The notes under the pieces: model-generated
Database searches by the model: none
What the model was told of the DNA's origin: nothing
Seen by the model: only the letters and a program-made list of their open reading frames with translations
Assembly (NCBI GenBank): GCA_963770895.1
Contig: CAVYRF010000002.1
Coordinates: forward strand, 2,944,001 to 3,008,000
DNA from: an uncultured Acidobacteriota bacterium
GTDB taxonomy: Bacteria; Acidobacteriota; Thermoanaerobaculia; Multivoradales; UBA5704
DNA length: 64,000 nt
Reading direction: 5' to 3'
Translations under genes and position numbers: made by a program
Shown here: positions 20,622 through 30,690 of the stretch, piece after piece
How the letters are laid out: the number at the start of each line of letters is the position of its first letter
Position numbering within the stretch: position 1 is the first letter of the stretch

Positions 20622-22301
20622 TCAGCGGCCGCCGCCGCCGCCAGGCGGGCTGGGGCCGTGCTGTTGCAGCAGCGCGGCCAGGCCGCGGCGGGCGTCGATG
20701 GAGTCCGGGTGGTAGGCGAGAGTGCGGCGCAGCTCGGCGATGGCGAGATCGGGGCGGCCGACGTCGTCGAGGGCCATCGCCAGGACGATGCGGCCGCGCT
20801 CGTCCGCCGGTTCGAGCGCCAGGGCATCGGTCAGCGGCGCCAGGGCGGCGCCCGGCTGTCCCCAGGCGCGCAGGGCGTTGCCCAGCGCGATGCGGGGGTA
20901 GGCAAGGCGCGGCGCCTGCGCGATGGCGGCGCGGTAGCGGGCGAGCGCCCCGGCGCGATCGCCCAGCGCCCGCAGCTCCTCGGCGACGTTGGCGTCGGCA
21001 AGGAAGCTCTCCTCGACCGTGAGCGAGTGCTGGAAGAGGGTGAGATTGTCGTGCCAGTAGCGCACCTGCTGCCGGGTCATTGCCGCCAGGGTGAGCAGCA
21101 CGGCCGCGGCGCCGGCGGCCGGCAGCGCCTGGCGCCAGGGCGGCTGCAGCAGCCGGCGAGCGAGCGCCGCCGCCGACCAGCTCACGGCGACCGCCAGTCC
21201 GATCGACGGCAGGTAGGTGTAGCGGTCGGCCATCGACTGCCAGCCGACCTGCAGGATGCCGCAGACCGGCAGCAGCGTGATGCCATACCAGAGCCAGCCG
21301 ACCGCCAGGTAGGGGGCGCGCCGCGCGACCGGCGGCGCCAATACCACCGCGGTGATCGCCGCCAGCAGCGCCGCCGCCGCCGCCGCCCGCCCCGCCGGCA
21401 CCTCCTGGAACGGATAGAACACCGCCAGGTGCGCCGGGTAGAAGGTCTTCCCCAGGTAGGCCACATAGGAGGTCGCGGCGTTCGCCAGGCGCAGCGGCAG
21501 ACTGGCGGTGGCGCCCGACGCCAGGGGGCCCGATTGGGTCACCAGCGCGATCACCCCGGCGGCAAGGGCGAGCGCCGCGAGCGGCGCCTTTTCGGCCAGC
21601 AGGAAGCGCGCCGATCGACCGTCCTCCGCCCCTGCCCGCCGCCAGCGCCGCAACGGCCAGACGTCGAGCAGCAGCAGCACCAGCGGCAGGGTGACGGCCA
21701 TCGGTTTGGCCATCAGGCTGGCGGCGAACAGCGCCGCGACCGGCAGGTAGCGGCCGGCGGACGGCCGGCGGGTGTAGCGCAGCCAGACCGCCAGGGTGAG
21801 CATCCAGCAGAGGCCGCAGAGCACGTCCTTGCGCTCGGCGATCCAGGCCACCGATTCGACGCGCAGGGGGTGCACCGCATAGAGGGCGGCGGCGGCGGCG
21901 CTGCGCCAGGGGGCGCTGGTCATGCGGCGCCAGACCTCGTACACCAGCAGCACGGTGAGCAGGTGGAGCAGCAGGCTGGTCAGGTGGTGCCAGCGCGGGT
22001 CCAGCCCGAACAGCTGGACGTCGAGCATGTGGGAGGCCAGGGTGAGCGGGTGCCAGTTGTCGGCCACCTTGGCGGTGAGCGCCCAGCGCAGCCCGGCGGC
22101 GCTCAATCCGCCGCGGACGTACGGGTTGGCCAGGACGTATTGCGGGTCGTCGAAGTTGACGAAGCCGTCGCGCAGGACCGGCAGGAAGGCGATGACCGTC
22201 AGCAGCGCCAGGCCCAGCGGCAGGTAGACGGCCGGGCGCGGCGCGTCCGCTGCCGGCGATCGGCTTGGCTGCGGGCTGGAGGCGGGCTGCATGGGCTCCA
22301 T
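20622..22301 (-). CDS. Multi-TM GT-C-like (TMTC-like) protein with C-terminal TPRs
   Basis: FVNFDD, NWHPLT, HPLRVESVAWIAERKD, MADRYTYLP, C-terminal TPR helices. Confidence 0.85.
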   Translation of the reverse strand: MEPMQPASSPQPSRSPAADAPRPAVYLPLGLALLTVIAFLPVLRDGFVNFDDPQYVLANPYVRGGLSAAGLRWALTAKVADNWHPLTLASHMLDVQLFGLDPRWHHLTSLLLHLLTVLLVYEVWRRMTSAPWRSAAAAALYAVHPLRVESVAWIAERKDVLCGLCWMLTLAVWLRYTRRPSAGRYLPVAALFAASLMAKPMAVTLPLVLLLLDVWPLRRWRRAGAEDGRSARFLLAEKAPLAALALAAGVIALVTQSGPLASGATASLPLRLANAATSYVAYLGKTFYPAHLAVFYPFQEVPAGRAAAAAALLAAITAVVLAPPVARRAPYLAVGWLWYGITLLPVCGILQVGWQSMADRYTYLPSIGLAVAVSWSAAALARRLLQPPWRQALPAAGAAAVLLTLAAMTRQQVRYWHDNLTLFQHSLTVEESFLADANVAEELRALGDRAGALARYRAAIAQAPRLAYPRIALGNALRAWGQPGAALAPLTDALALEPADERGRIVLAMALDDVGRPDLAIAELRRTLAYHPDSIDARRGLAALLQQHGPSPPGGGGGR

Positions 22302-22329
22302 CGGGCGTGCGAACGGCGCCTGGGCGGCG

Positions 22330-23235
22330 CTACTTGGCGGCCGCCCGGTTGCAGGTCTCCTCGCGCAGCTTCACCCAGTTGCCGTTGACGTTGACCTGAA
22401 AGACATGCAGGAAGCGGGAGGCGCTGCGCCGTGTGTAGGTGTCGCGCGCCTCGAACTGGACGCCGAAGCGGTGCCCCGACCCCTCGAAGCTCAGCTTTTC
22501 CGCGATCCAACCGGGCGTGGCCTCGGCGATGCTGCCCTCCTGGTTGTCCACCAGCACCGAGGCGATCGCCTGCGCCACCGGGTCCCAGCCCCACTGGCTG
22601 ATCGAGCTGTAGGGCACGGGGTTGGTGGCCGACTTGGGCTCCGTATAGGCGGATTGCACCCAGAAGCCGTCCAGCTGCCAGGCAAAGGCGACGGTCGCCG
22701 CGGTGGGGTGCTCGGGGCCCGGACCGTAGCTGTGGCCGGTGCAGTTCCATTCGCCGTCGAACCACTTGACGTCCGCCAGGATCTTATTGGGCACCGCCGG
22801 CTTGGGCGGCGGCGGCGGCGGCTTGGCCGGCGCCGTGGCGGTCTTGCCCTTGCCCGCATCCTTCGACTTCTTGTCCTTGCCGGACGCCGGAGGGGTGGCC
22901 GGCGCCGCCGGCGTCTCGGCCGCGGGCGTGGTCGTCGCGGTCGCGGGCGGCGTCTCGGCGGAGCCGCTGCCTGCCGCCGGCGACGCCCGATCGCTGCCGG
23001 CGCCGGCTGCCGGCGCTGCTGGCGCCGAACCGCTGCCGGCTGCCGCGCCCTGATCCTGGCCGCCCGCCGCCGGCGAGGCGCTGGCTCCCGTCGCTCCCGT
23101 CGTTGCGCCGCTGGCTGGCGCCACCGGCGCCGCCTGGGCCGCCGAGCCGTTACCGGCCTGGCCGGCCCTGGCGGCTGGCAGGGCGAGGACGGCGGCGGCG
23201 ACGACCCCGGCCGCGACGGCGAGGCGGCGGCGCAT
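22330..23235 (-). CDS. Secreted protein, Ala/Pro-rich linker plus beta-barrel domain (DUF1579-like)
   Basis: MRRRLAVAAG signal, TGATG overlap with lanC stop, C-terminal WFDGEWNC...GWDP domain. Confidence 0.6.
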   Translation of the reverse strand: MRRRLAVAAGVVAAAVLALPAARAGQAGNGSAAQAAPVAPASGATTGATGASASPAAGGQDQGAAAGSGSAPAAPAAGAGSDRASPAAGSGSAETPPATATTTPAAETPAAPATPPASGKDKKSKDAGKGKTATAPAKPPPPPPKPAVPNKILADVKWFDGEWNCTGHSYGPGPEHPTAATVAFAWQLDGFWVQSAYTEPKSATNPVPYSSISQWGWDPVAQAIASVLVDNQEGSIAEATPGWIAEKLSFEGSGHRFGVQFEARDTYTRRSASRFLHVFQVNVNGNWVKLREETCNRAAAK

Positions 23236-24680
23236 CAACCGGTCACCAGGGGATCGGTGACGGCCGACAGCAGCATCACCCGGTCCCACGCGGGCTCGAA
23301 CGAGCAGAGGCCGCCGAGCAACGCCAGACCGATGCCGGTGGCGCCTTCGAGAAAGCCCGGCTCGTCGCGCCAGTTCGGTTCCGAGGTGGTGTCCGGCATC
23401 TCGAACGACTGGTAGCCGGCGACCCCCTTGCCGGGACGGCGATGCGCCAGCGTCCGCTCGAACCAGAAACGGCTGACTTCGCGCAGGCGGGGATTGCCGG
23501 TTTCCTGGTAGAAGCGATTGAACAGGTGGGCGAGCCCGGCCGCGCCGTGGCAGAGGCCGGCGTCGCGGACTCCCGCCTGGTCGGTCGGGCGCGCTGCGGC
23601 GTCCAGCACCATGTCGGTCGCAAACTTCTCCCAGGCTGGTTCACCGCAGGCGCGGGCGGCTACCAGCAGCGCGGCGGCGATGCCGGGATCGCCGTAGCAC
23701 CAGGCCACGCGCGAGCGCCGACTTTCCACCCCGTCCGCCAGGGCGGTGCCGAACCAGGACTCCTCGCCGGCCGGCAGGCGCTGCTGTAGCAGCCAGCTGA
23801 CGGCGCCGGCGGTCAGGTCGCGAGCCCGGCGCGCGACCACCGCGGCGCGCTCCGCCAGCCGTGCCTGCTCTTGCGGCGCCCCCGCCGCGGCCCCGGCGGC
23901 CGCCATCCGGCCGGTCGCCGCCGCGACCGCCGACAGGGTGGCGATGGCGCCCGGCACCCCGTGCGCCATACCCAGGTTGTAATAGCCGTCCTTGTAGATC
24001 TCCCGCTGCCAGTCGGGCAGCAGCTCGGGAGAGGTGTGCCAGGTCACGCCCTCGGGCTTGCGGCGGGCGGTTTCGTCCAGGCGGTCGACCAGCCGCTCGA
24101 CGCACGCCAGGGCGCTGGCGCGCGGCAAGCGCTCCAGGACGTAGACGCCAAAGCCGCTCAGCCCGCGGATCAGGTCGTAGTCACCGGTCCAGGGCGTGTG
24201 CTCAAGGAAGCTGGTCAACGCGCCGTCGATTTCGCCCAGCGGGTCGTCGCCGTCGCCGGCCTCACCGTCCGCCGCGGCATTCTGCGCCGCCGCCGCCGCC
24301 GCCGGCTCCGGGGCGGCGTCCGCCGCCTCGTCGTCGACATCGGCAAAGCGATCGCTGTACAGGTGTTGGGCGGTCCACGCCACGCCGGTGAAGCCGCCGT
24401 ACAGGTCGGGCGGCAGGGGCGTCGCGGCCAGCGCGTCGGTGGCGGAGTCCAGGAGGTTGCCGGCGCGCTCCTGGTCGGAGGCCGTCGCGCGGCCGCCGCG
24501 CGTCCGGTAGGCGTAGAACAGCGCCTGCCCCGACCTGCCGGAGGCCAGGGAGGGGTGGTCGCCTGTATCGCCCTCGTAGCGGGGCGGCACCGGCTTGACG
24601 AGCGCTTCGGCGATCTCGGCAACCGACTGCCAGCACTCTTCGGCCAACGGTCCATCCAGAATGGGTTCCCAGGTCTTCAT
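23235..24680 (-). CDS. lanC: Lanthionine synthetase C-like protein
   Basis: YDLIRG, GMAHG (catalytic His), WCYG and CHG zinc ligands, GFLEG repeat. Confidence 0.93.
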   Translation of the reverse strand: MKTWEPILDGPLAEECWQSVAEIAEALVKPVPPRYEGDTGDHPSLASGRSGQALFYAYRTRGGRATASDQERAGNLLDSATDALAATPLPPDLYGGFTGVAWTAQHLYSDRFADVDDEAADAAPEPAAAAAAQNAAADGEAGDGDDPLGEIDGALTSFLEHTPWTGDYDLIRGLSGFGVYVLERLPRASALACVERLVDRLDETARRKPEGVTWHTSPELLPDWQREIYKDGYYNLGMAHGVPGAIATLSAVAAATGRMAAAGAAAGAPQEQARLAERAAVVARRARDLTAGAVSWLLQQRLPAGEESWFGTALADGVESRRSRVAWCYGDPGIAAALLVAARACGEPAWEKFATDMVLDAAARPTDQAGVRDAGLCHGAAGLAHLFNRFYQETGNPRLREVSRFWFERTLAHRRPGKGVAGYQSFEMPDTTSEPNWRDEPGFLEGATGIGLALLGGLCSFEPAWDRVMLLSAVTDPLVTG

Positions 24681-24739
24681 GGCGTATTTGTATCAGCTTC
24701 TCCGCGGCGCCAGGCAAGAACCGGCTACAGTAGACGGCT

Positions 24740-26263
24740 ATGAAGGCGCCCTCTTATTACGTGCCGGTCATCGCCCTCGGCGCCCTGTCGCTGCTCGCCG
24801 CGAGCGCCGCGCCTTCCACCCCCGCCGCGGCGCCGGATCTGCCGCCGCTCGCGCCGCTGCCGGCGCCGCTCGCCAGGCGGATGCCCGACCTGGTGCAGAC
24901 GGCGGAGCGCTATCGCGGCCTGTCGCTGGTGCGGCGCGTGCCGTGGGGGGTGATGTCCGAAGGCGACCTGGCCCGCGAGGTGGCCGACGACTTCCGCCAG
25001 GATCTGCCGCCGGAGCGGCTGGCCGCGGTCGAGCTGAGCCTGAAGACGTTCGGCCTGATCCCCGAGGTGATGGATCTGAAGACCTACTATCCGCGGCTGC
25101 TGACCAGCGAGATCGCGGGCTTCTACGATTCGCACCGCAAGGTGCTGGCGCTGGTCGATCACCAGGGGGGCCTGTTCGGCCAGGACGCGGTGCGTCAGTT
25201 CGGCGCCGACACGGTGCACCAGATGGAGGACGGACTGCTGGCGCACGAGCTGACCCATGCCCTGCAGGACCAGCACTTCGATCTCGACCGCCTGGACGAC
25301 CCCGACCCGATGTCGGACAGCGGCGTCGCCCACCTGGCGCTGATCGAAGGCGACGCGTCGATCGTCATGCTCGACGCCCTGGTGCAGGTGCCGATCGAAA
25401 ACGTCCCTGAAGCGCCCGCCGTGCTGGCGAAGTTCTTCGGCGCCGCGAGCGGCGACACGCCGGGGGCAGGCGGCGCCGGTCTCCCCGGCGAGGCGGAGAT
25501 GGCGGACGCGCCGCCCTGGCTGCGCGACATGCTGCTGTTCAGCTACACCCAGGGCGCCGCCTTCTGCCTCGACGTGCGGCGGCGGGGCGGCCAGAGGCTG
25601 CTCGACTACGCCTTCGGCAACGATCCGCCGCGCTCGTCGGAGCAGATCCTGCATCCCGAGAAGTGGTACGGGCACCGCGACGACCCGGTGGTGATCGTGT
25701 GGCCCGAGTTGAGCGCCGCGCTGCCCGGCTACGCCAAGGCGGCCGAAGGGCAGCTGGGCGAGGAAGGCATCCGGGTGCTGCTCAAGACCGCTCTGCACGA
25801 TGCGGCGGCGGCCGATACGGCGGCCGCCGGCTGGGGCGGCGACCGCTTTGCCGTCTACCTTGCCGCCACCGGCGGCAGCGGCGCCAGCGGCGCGGCCGGC
25901 TCTCCCGGCGCATCATCGGACGCCAAGGCAGGCGCCGCCGCCGCGGATGCCGGCACGGCGGGCGTCACCGGGCGGCTGCTGGCATGGATCACCGATTGGG
26001 ACACCGCCCAGGACGCGACGGAGTTCCAGGCCGCCGCCGGGCGGCTGGGCAGCGACTGGACCGTCGTCCGCAGCGGCGACCGGCGGGTGGCCGTGCTGCG
26101 CGGCCAGGTCCCGGCGGCGGCGCGTGCCGGCGTCCTGGCCGCCCTGGCCGGCGCCCGCGCCGAGCGGCCGCAGAACCGCGATCTGGACCTGGCCCACCTG
26201 CCGCCCGTGCCACCGCTGCCACACGTGCCACCGGCGCCGCCGCTGCCGCCGGTCAGGCGGTGA
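24740..26263 (+). CDS. Secreted gluzincin-like metallopeptidase
   Basis: Signal peptide, GFYD, AHELTHALQDQHF, ALIEGDA third ligand, PP.SSEQILHPEK, AAAGWGGD. Confidence 0.75.
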   Translation: MKAPSYYVPVIALGALSLLAASAAPSTPAAAPDLPPLAPLPAPLARRMPDLVQTAERYRGLSLVRRVPWGVMSEGDLAREVADDFRQDLPPERLAAVELSLKTFGLIPEVMDLKTYYPRLLTSEIAGFYDSHRKVLALVDHQGGLFGQDAVRQFGADTVHQMEDGLLAHELTHALQDQHFDLDRLDDPDPMSDSGVAHLALIEGDASIVMLDALVQVPIENVPEAPAVLAKFFGAASGDTPGAGGAGLPGEAEMADAPPWLRDMLLFSYTQGAAFCLDVRRRGGQRLLDYAFGNDPPRSSEQILHPEKWYGHRDDPVVIVWPELSAALPGYAKAAEGQLGEEGIRVLLKTALHDAAAADTAAAGWGGDRFAVYLAATGGSGASGAAGSPGASSDAKAGAAAADAGTAGVTGRLLAWITDWDTAQDATEFQAAAGRLGSDWTVVRSGDRRVAVLRGQVPAAARAGVLAALAGARAERPQNRDLDLAHLPPVPPLPHVPPAPPLPPVRR

Positions 26264-28568
26264 GCTCGGCGGTGGCGGGGACCGCCGGCTCGATCTGGGC
26301 GTCCACCAGGGCGCGATAGACGCCGCCCTGCGCCATCAGGGCGCCATGGTCGCCGCGCTCGACGATGCGCCCATGCTCCATGACCAGGATGAGATCGGCG
26401 TGGCGCACCGTGCTCAGGCGGTGGGCGATGACGATGCGCGTCGAGCGCAGCGTCGCCAGGCTCTGCTGCACCGCCGCTTCGGTCACGGCGTCGAGCGCGC
26501 TGGTCGCTTCGTCCAGGATCAGCACCTTGGGCCGGTGCACCAGGGCGCGCGCCAGGGCGAGGCGCTGGCGCTGGCCGCCGGAGAGGGAGGCGCCGCCGTC
26601 CGCCAGGACGCTTTCGTAGCCCATCGGCATGGCCTGGATGTCGTCGTGGATATGCGCCATGCGCGCCGCTTCGATGACGCGCGACAGCGGCAGCGTGGGG
26701 TCGTTGAGCGCGATGTTGCTGCGGATGCTGAGGCCGAACAGGAAGGAGCTCTGGGCGACGAAGCCCAGCTGGCTGCGCAGCCAGCGCAGGTCCAGGTCGG
26801 CCAGGTCGAGCCCGTCGTACAGGATGCGTCCGCTTTCGGGGGTGTAGAGGCCGGCGAGCAGGCCGGCGAGCGTCGACTTGCCCGAACCCGAGGAGCCGAC
26901 CACCGCCACCAGCTGGCCGGGCAGCAGGTCGACCGAGGCTTCCGACACCACCGGCGGCGTCAACGGCGAGTAGTGGAACGACACCCCGTCGAGGGTGACG
27001 CGGCCGCGCAGCGCCGACGGCCGCTGGCGCGCCAGCTGCTCCTGCTCGCGCGGTGTTTCCAGCACGTCGTTCAGGCGGTCCAGGTAGCTGCCCAGCAGCT
27101 GCATCTGCGTGCCGGTCTGCACCAGGGTGGTCAGCGGCGTGAGGAAGCCGGAAGCCAGGGCGGAGAGCGCCAGCATGGTGCCCAGCGTCAGGTCGCCGCG
27201 CATCACCAGCACGGCGCCATAGATCAGCACCAGCAGCGGCGACAGCGTCCCCATCGCGTCGAGCAGCGAGCTGATGCTCGCGTCCAGGCGGCCGCGGTCG
27301 AGCGACACGTTCAGCTCCTTGACGAAGAGGTGGGCGCAGCGGTCCACCGCGCGGTCTTCGGCGCCGCTCGCCTTGAGAGTTTCGATCCCCTGCAGCACCT
27401 GCACCTGGTAGCCGCGCGAATCGGCCTGCGTCTGCAGCGACTCCGACATGAGGTCGCGCTGGCGGCGCCGGGTCACCAGGAAGGCGATCACGCGCAGGGC
27501 GCCCAACCCCGCGACCAGCAGTCCCATGCGCAGGTCGGCGACCACCAGGAATACCAGGTAGAGGACCACCATGACGCCGTCGAAGATGCCCGAGATGGCG
27601 TTCGAGGTGAGGATCTCGCGGATGGTCGAGTTGCTGTTGAGCCGCATCAGCAGGTCGCCGGCCGAGCGCTGCTGAAAAAACAGGTAGGGCAGGTGCACCA
27701 GGTGGTCCAGGAACTGCAGCGTCATGCGGGCGTCCAGCCGGGTGCGCAGGTGGAGCAGCAGGAACGAGCGCACCAGTGTCGCCAGCAGCTTGAACCCCAC
27801 CAGGCCGGCGCAGCCGACGCTGAGCACCAGCAGCAGGTGCTGGTCGCTGCGCGGCACCACGCGGTCGACCAGCAGGCCGGTCAGGATCGGCACCGCCAGC
27901 GAGAACACCTGGATGATCACCGAGGTGGTCAGGATCTGCGCCATCAGCCCCGATTCGCCGAGCACGTCGCGCACCTGCCGCCATACGGCATGCCGCTTGT
28001 CGGCCGACGGTGCAAAATCCTCGGTGGTTTCGAAGCTGACCGCCACGCCGGTGAAGGCGCGGTCCAGCTCCTGGCGCGACACCAGGCGCCGGCCGCCGCC
28101 CGGATCGACCACCCAGGCGCCGCGATGGTCCATGCGCTCGAACACCACGAAGTGATTGAACCGCCAGTGCAGGATCGAGGCGGGGTCGAGGAAGCGCAGG
28201 GCGTCGATGTCGCGGATCTTGATGCCGCGCCCGCGCAGCCCGTATTGCTGCGCGGTTTCCACCAGCGTCAGCGCGTCGGTGCCGAGGCGGCTGAACCCCA
28301 TGGCCGTACGCAGCTCGTCGAGCGGCACCGACTTGCCGAAATAGCCCAGCACCATGCCCAGGCAGGCGGGGCCGCAGTCGGTCGCCGCGGTCTGCTGGAT
28401 CTGCGGGATGCGGCGCCCGCGCCTGCCCAGGCGCAGCCCGCGCAGGGCGGGAAACCGCTGCGACAGGGAGGGGCCGGACGGTGGCGGACCTGCCGCGGGC
28501 TTGGCCGCGGCGGGGGTCGGGGTCGAGCCGGGGGTCGGGGTCGGCGGATCGAGTGGCGGTGTGGGCAT
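26253..28568 (-). CDS. Peptidase C39-containing ABC transporter (PCAT, LanT/SunT-like)
   Basis: QQTAATDCGPAC, HWRFNHFVV, VVDP, ABC membrane domain, GSSGSGKS, LSGGQ, ILDE. TGATG-coupled to the upstream gene. Confidence 0.93.
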   Translation of the reverse strand: MPTPPLDPPTPTPGSTPTPAAAKPAAGPPPSGPSLSQRFPALRGLRLGRRGRRIPQIQQTAATDCGPACLGMVLGYFGKSVPLDELRTAMGFSRLGTDALTLVETAQQYGLRGRGIKIRDIDALRFLDPASILHWRFNHFVVFERMDHRGAWVVDPGGGRRLVSRQELDRAFTGVAVSFETTEDFAPSADKRHAVWRQVRDVLGESGLMAQILTTSVIIQVFSLAVPILTGLLVDRVVPRSDQHLLLVLSVGCAGLVGFKLLATLVRSFLLLHLRTRLDARMTLQFLDHLVHLPYLFFQQRSAGDLLMRLNSNSTIREILTSNAISGIFDGVMVVLYLVFLVVADLRMGLLVAGLGALRVIAFLVTRRRQRDLMSESLQTQADSRGYQVQVLQGIETLKASGAEDRAVDRCAHLFVKELNVSLDRGRLDASISSLLDAMGTLSPLLVLIYGAVLVMRGDLTLGTMLALSALASGFLTPLTTLVQTGTQMQLLGSYLDRLNDVLETPREQEQLARQRPSALRGRVTLDGVSFHYSPLTPPVVSEASVDLLPGQLVAVVGSSGSGKSTLAGLLAGLYTPESGRILYDGLDLADLDLRWLRSQLGFVAQSSFLFGLSIRSNIALNDPTLPLSRVIEAARMAHIHDDIQAMPMGYESVLADGGASLSGGQRQRLALARALVHRPKVLILDEATSALDAVTEAAVQQSLATLRSTRIVIAHRLSTVRHADLILVMEHGRIVERGDHGALMAQGGVYRALVDAQIEPAVPATAELTA

Positions 28569-30562
28569 CAGCGGGAGCCGTTCTTGAAAATTGCCTTGAG
28601 GCCGGGCACCAGGGTGACCAGGATCTTTTCGGAGCGGACTTCGACCTCGGCATTGCCGTGCATGCCGTTGTGGAAGCGGTAGGTGCGCCCCTCGGCGGTG
28701 AAGGTGGGCCGCGGCAGGGCGGCCTTCAGGATGACCACCGGTCCGGTGAGCTGCACCGTGTCGCTGATCTCGGCGCCCAGGTAGCGCTTTGCTTCGCTGG
28801 GTCCGACCACCTCTTCGCCGACCGATTCGACGGTGAGCTTCTGGTAGGCATAGCGGTAGCCGGCGATCTCGAAGCGGATGGGCATGCCGCGCCGGACCTG
28901 GGGGCGAAATTCGCCGGGCAGCAGGACGACGACCGTCGGCCGGTCCTGATCCCGCACGATCGACAGCACCAGCTCGCCGGCGTTGAGGTATTGGCCGGGG
29001 CGCACGCGCACGTCGCTCGCCACGCCGGCGGAGGGCGCCCGCAAGATGCGCTCGCCCAGCCGCGTCGAGGCCAGCTGGCGCTGGGTGCGCAAGCCGATCA
29101 GCGCCTGCTCGGCGCCGGTGTCGGAAGGATCGCGCAGGCGGTTGAGCAGCTGCAGGTCGAACTCCTGGTCGAGGCGCGCCAGCTCGGCGGCCTCCTGGGC
29201 CTGGTGCAGCCGGATGAGCGGCTGGCCGGCGCGCACCCGTTCCCCCGGAGTCACGTCGACCGCGGTCACGGTGCCTCCCGATTCCGCGGTCACGTCGTCG
29301 CGGGTGCCCAGCCACACGACGCCGATCCCGGAGGCGTATTCCTTGATGTGCGCCACCGTGGCGAACGCCAGCGACGCGGCCAGGACGGCGAGCAGGGTCC
29401 AGTAGGTCCAGCGCGTCCACGCCGGCGAGATGCGCAGCGGGTCGTTGGGCTCGTCGAGCGTCTGGTAGCGCTCCAGCGCTTCGCGGCGGAACAGGGCGTC
29501 GTCGCCCAGCACCTCTTCGGGGCGCGGCGGTGGCAGGAAGGGCGCCGCCGGCGCCGCCAGGCGCTCCAGCAGGTCGAGCTGCGCGACGCCGAACTCTGCT
29601 TCGCGCGCCGACCGCACGACCACCAGCACGGCGAGCACGCGGCCTTCGTCGTCGCGCACCGGCGCGGCCATCAGCCGCTCGGAGCCGTCGCCTTCCGGGT
29701 CGTCGGCTTCGCGGTCGTAGCGGGCGTCGCGGCCCGACCGCGCCACGATCAGGCCGATGCCGCTGCGCAGCACGAAGCTGGCGATGCCGACGGCGGCGCT
29801 GTCGCGGCGCTCGCTGCCGGTGGCGCGGTCGCGCGTCCATAGGGTGTCGTCGCGCGGGTCGTACAGCAGGCAGTAGGCGCGCTGCGCGTCCACCGCTTCC
29901 CGCGCCGCCTCGGCGAGCACTTCCGAGCGTTCGCCCAGCCCTGCCACCACGGCCAGCTGGCGCAGGACCTCGGCGATTTCGAAGCGCGGTTGCAGGCGGG
30001 GGGCCGCGTGGGCCTGTCCGTCGCCGCCGGCGTTGCCGTCGGCGCCGTCGGCGGCGGCGACCGCGGCGGCGTGGCGCGCCTGGTACAGGCGCACGGCGTT
30101 GCCGATCAGCGCCGCCAGCTCGTCGGGCGACGGCGAGCGCTGGCTGAGGTAGTAGATGCGATCTTCGGCGATCAGGTCCTGGAACAGCAGCGGGTCGGGC
30201 CCCGCCGCGGCGACGATATGGAGCGGCGCGAGGTTGGTGGCGGCGGGGACCGTGGACGGGCCGGCGGCGTGCGCCGGGGCGCCCCCTGGCGACTCCTCCG
30301 CGGGATACTGATCGGCGATGAGCTGCCGCGCTTCCTCGCCGGAGTAGCGCTCTCCCAGGCAGACCACGGCGACCTGGCGGTCGCCGGCCAGCCGGTACGC
30401 CGCCGGCGGATCGGCCGCGGCAACCACCTCGATGCCGCGCGCCAGGCGCCCCAGGCGCGCCCGCAGCGCTTCGGCGGCGTCGCGCTCGAACCCCACCAGG
30501 AGCACCACGGGAGGTTCACCGGTGGGGGAGAAGTGATGGATGGAGGCGAGGGCGTCAGACAT
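28568..30562 (-). CDS. Receiver-like + GAF + HlyD membrane-fusion protein
   Basis: N-terminal receiver-like alpha/beta segment, GAF (RAYCLLYD...GIASFV...LMAAPV), LFRREAL plus TM, lipoyl halves (GGTVTAVDVTPGERV; LRAPSAGV). Confidence 0.85.
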   Translation of the reverse strand: MSDALASIHHFSPTGEPPVVLLVGFERDAAEALRARLGRLARGIEVVAAADPPAAYRLAGDRQVAVVCLGERYSGEEARQLIADQYPAEESPGGAPAHAAGPSTVPAATNLAPLHIVAAAGPDPLLFQDLIAEDRIYYLSQRSPSPDELAALIGNAVRLYQARHAAAVAAADGADGNAGGDGQAHAAPRLQPRFEIAEVLRQLAVVAGLGERSEVLAEAAREAVDAQRAYCLLYDPRDDTLWTRDRATGSERRDSAAVGIASFVLRSGIGLIVARSGRDARYDREADDPEGDGSERLMAAPVRDDEGRVLAVLVVVRSAREAEFGVAQLDLLERLAAPAAPFLPPPRPEEVLGDDALFRREALERYQTLDEPNDPLRISPAWTRWTYWTLLAVLAASLAFATVAHIKEYASGIGVVWLGTRDDVTAESGGTVTAVDVTPGERVRAGQPLIRLHQAQEAAELARLDQEFDLQLLNRLRDPSDTGAEQALIGLRTQRQLASTRLGERILRAPSAGVASDVRVRPGQYLNAGELVLSIVRDQDRPTVVVLLPGEFRPQVRRGMPIRFEIAGYRYAYQKLTVESVGEEVVGPSEAKRYLGAEISDTVQLTGPVVILKAALPRPTFTAEGRTYRFHNGMHGNAEVEVRSEKILVTLVPGLKAIFKNGSR

Positions 30563-30690
30563 GGTGGAGCGCCGGGCAGGGGCTGGCGGCAGCCGTCGCC
30601 GCAGTGGCGGCGACGGCATCGGCCGTGCGGCGGCGGCGCGGCACGCGGTGCTGCCGTGCCGCTTTGCGCACCCTGGTAGAGTAAAGTCGA

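Noticed and set aside
25800-28682. Long alternative ORFs (960 aa plus strand, 932 aa minus strand)
   Set aside because: Shadow frames of the PCAT gene in high-GC DNA with no recognisable motifs.
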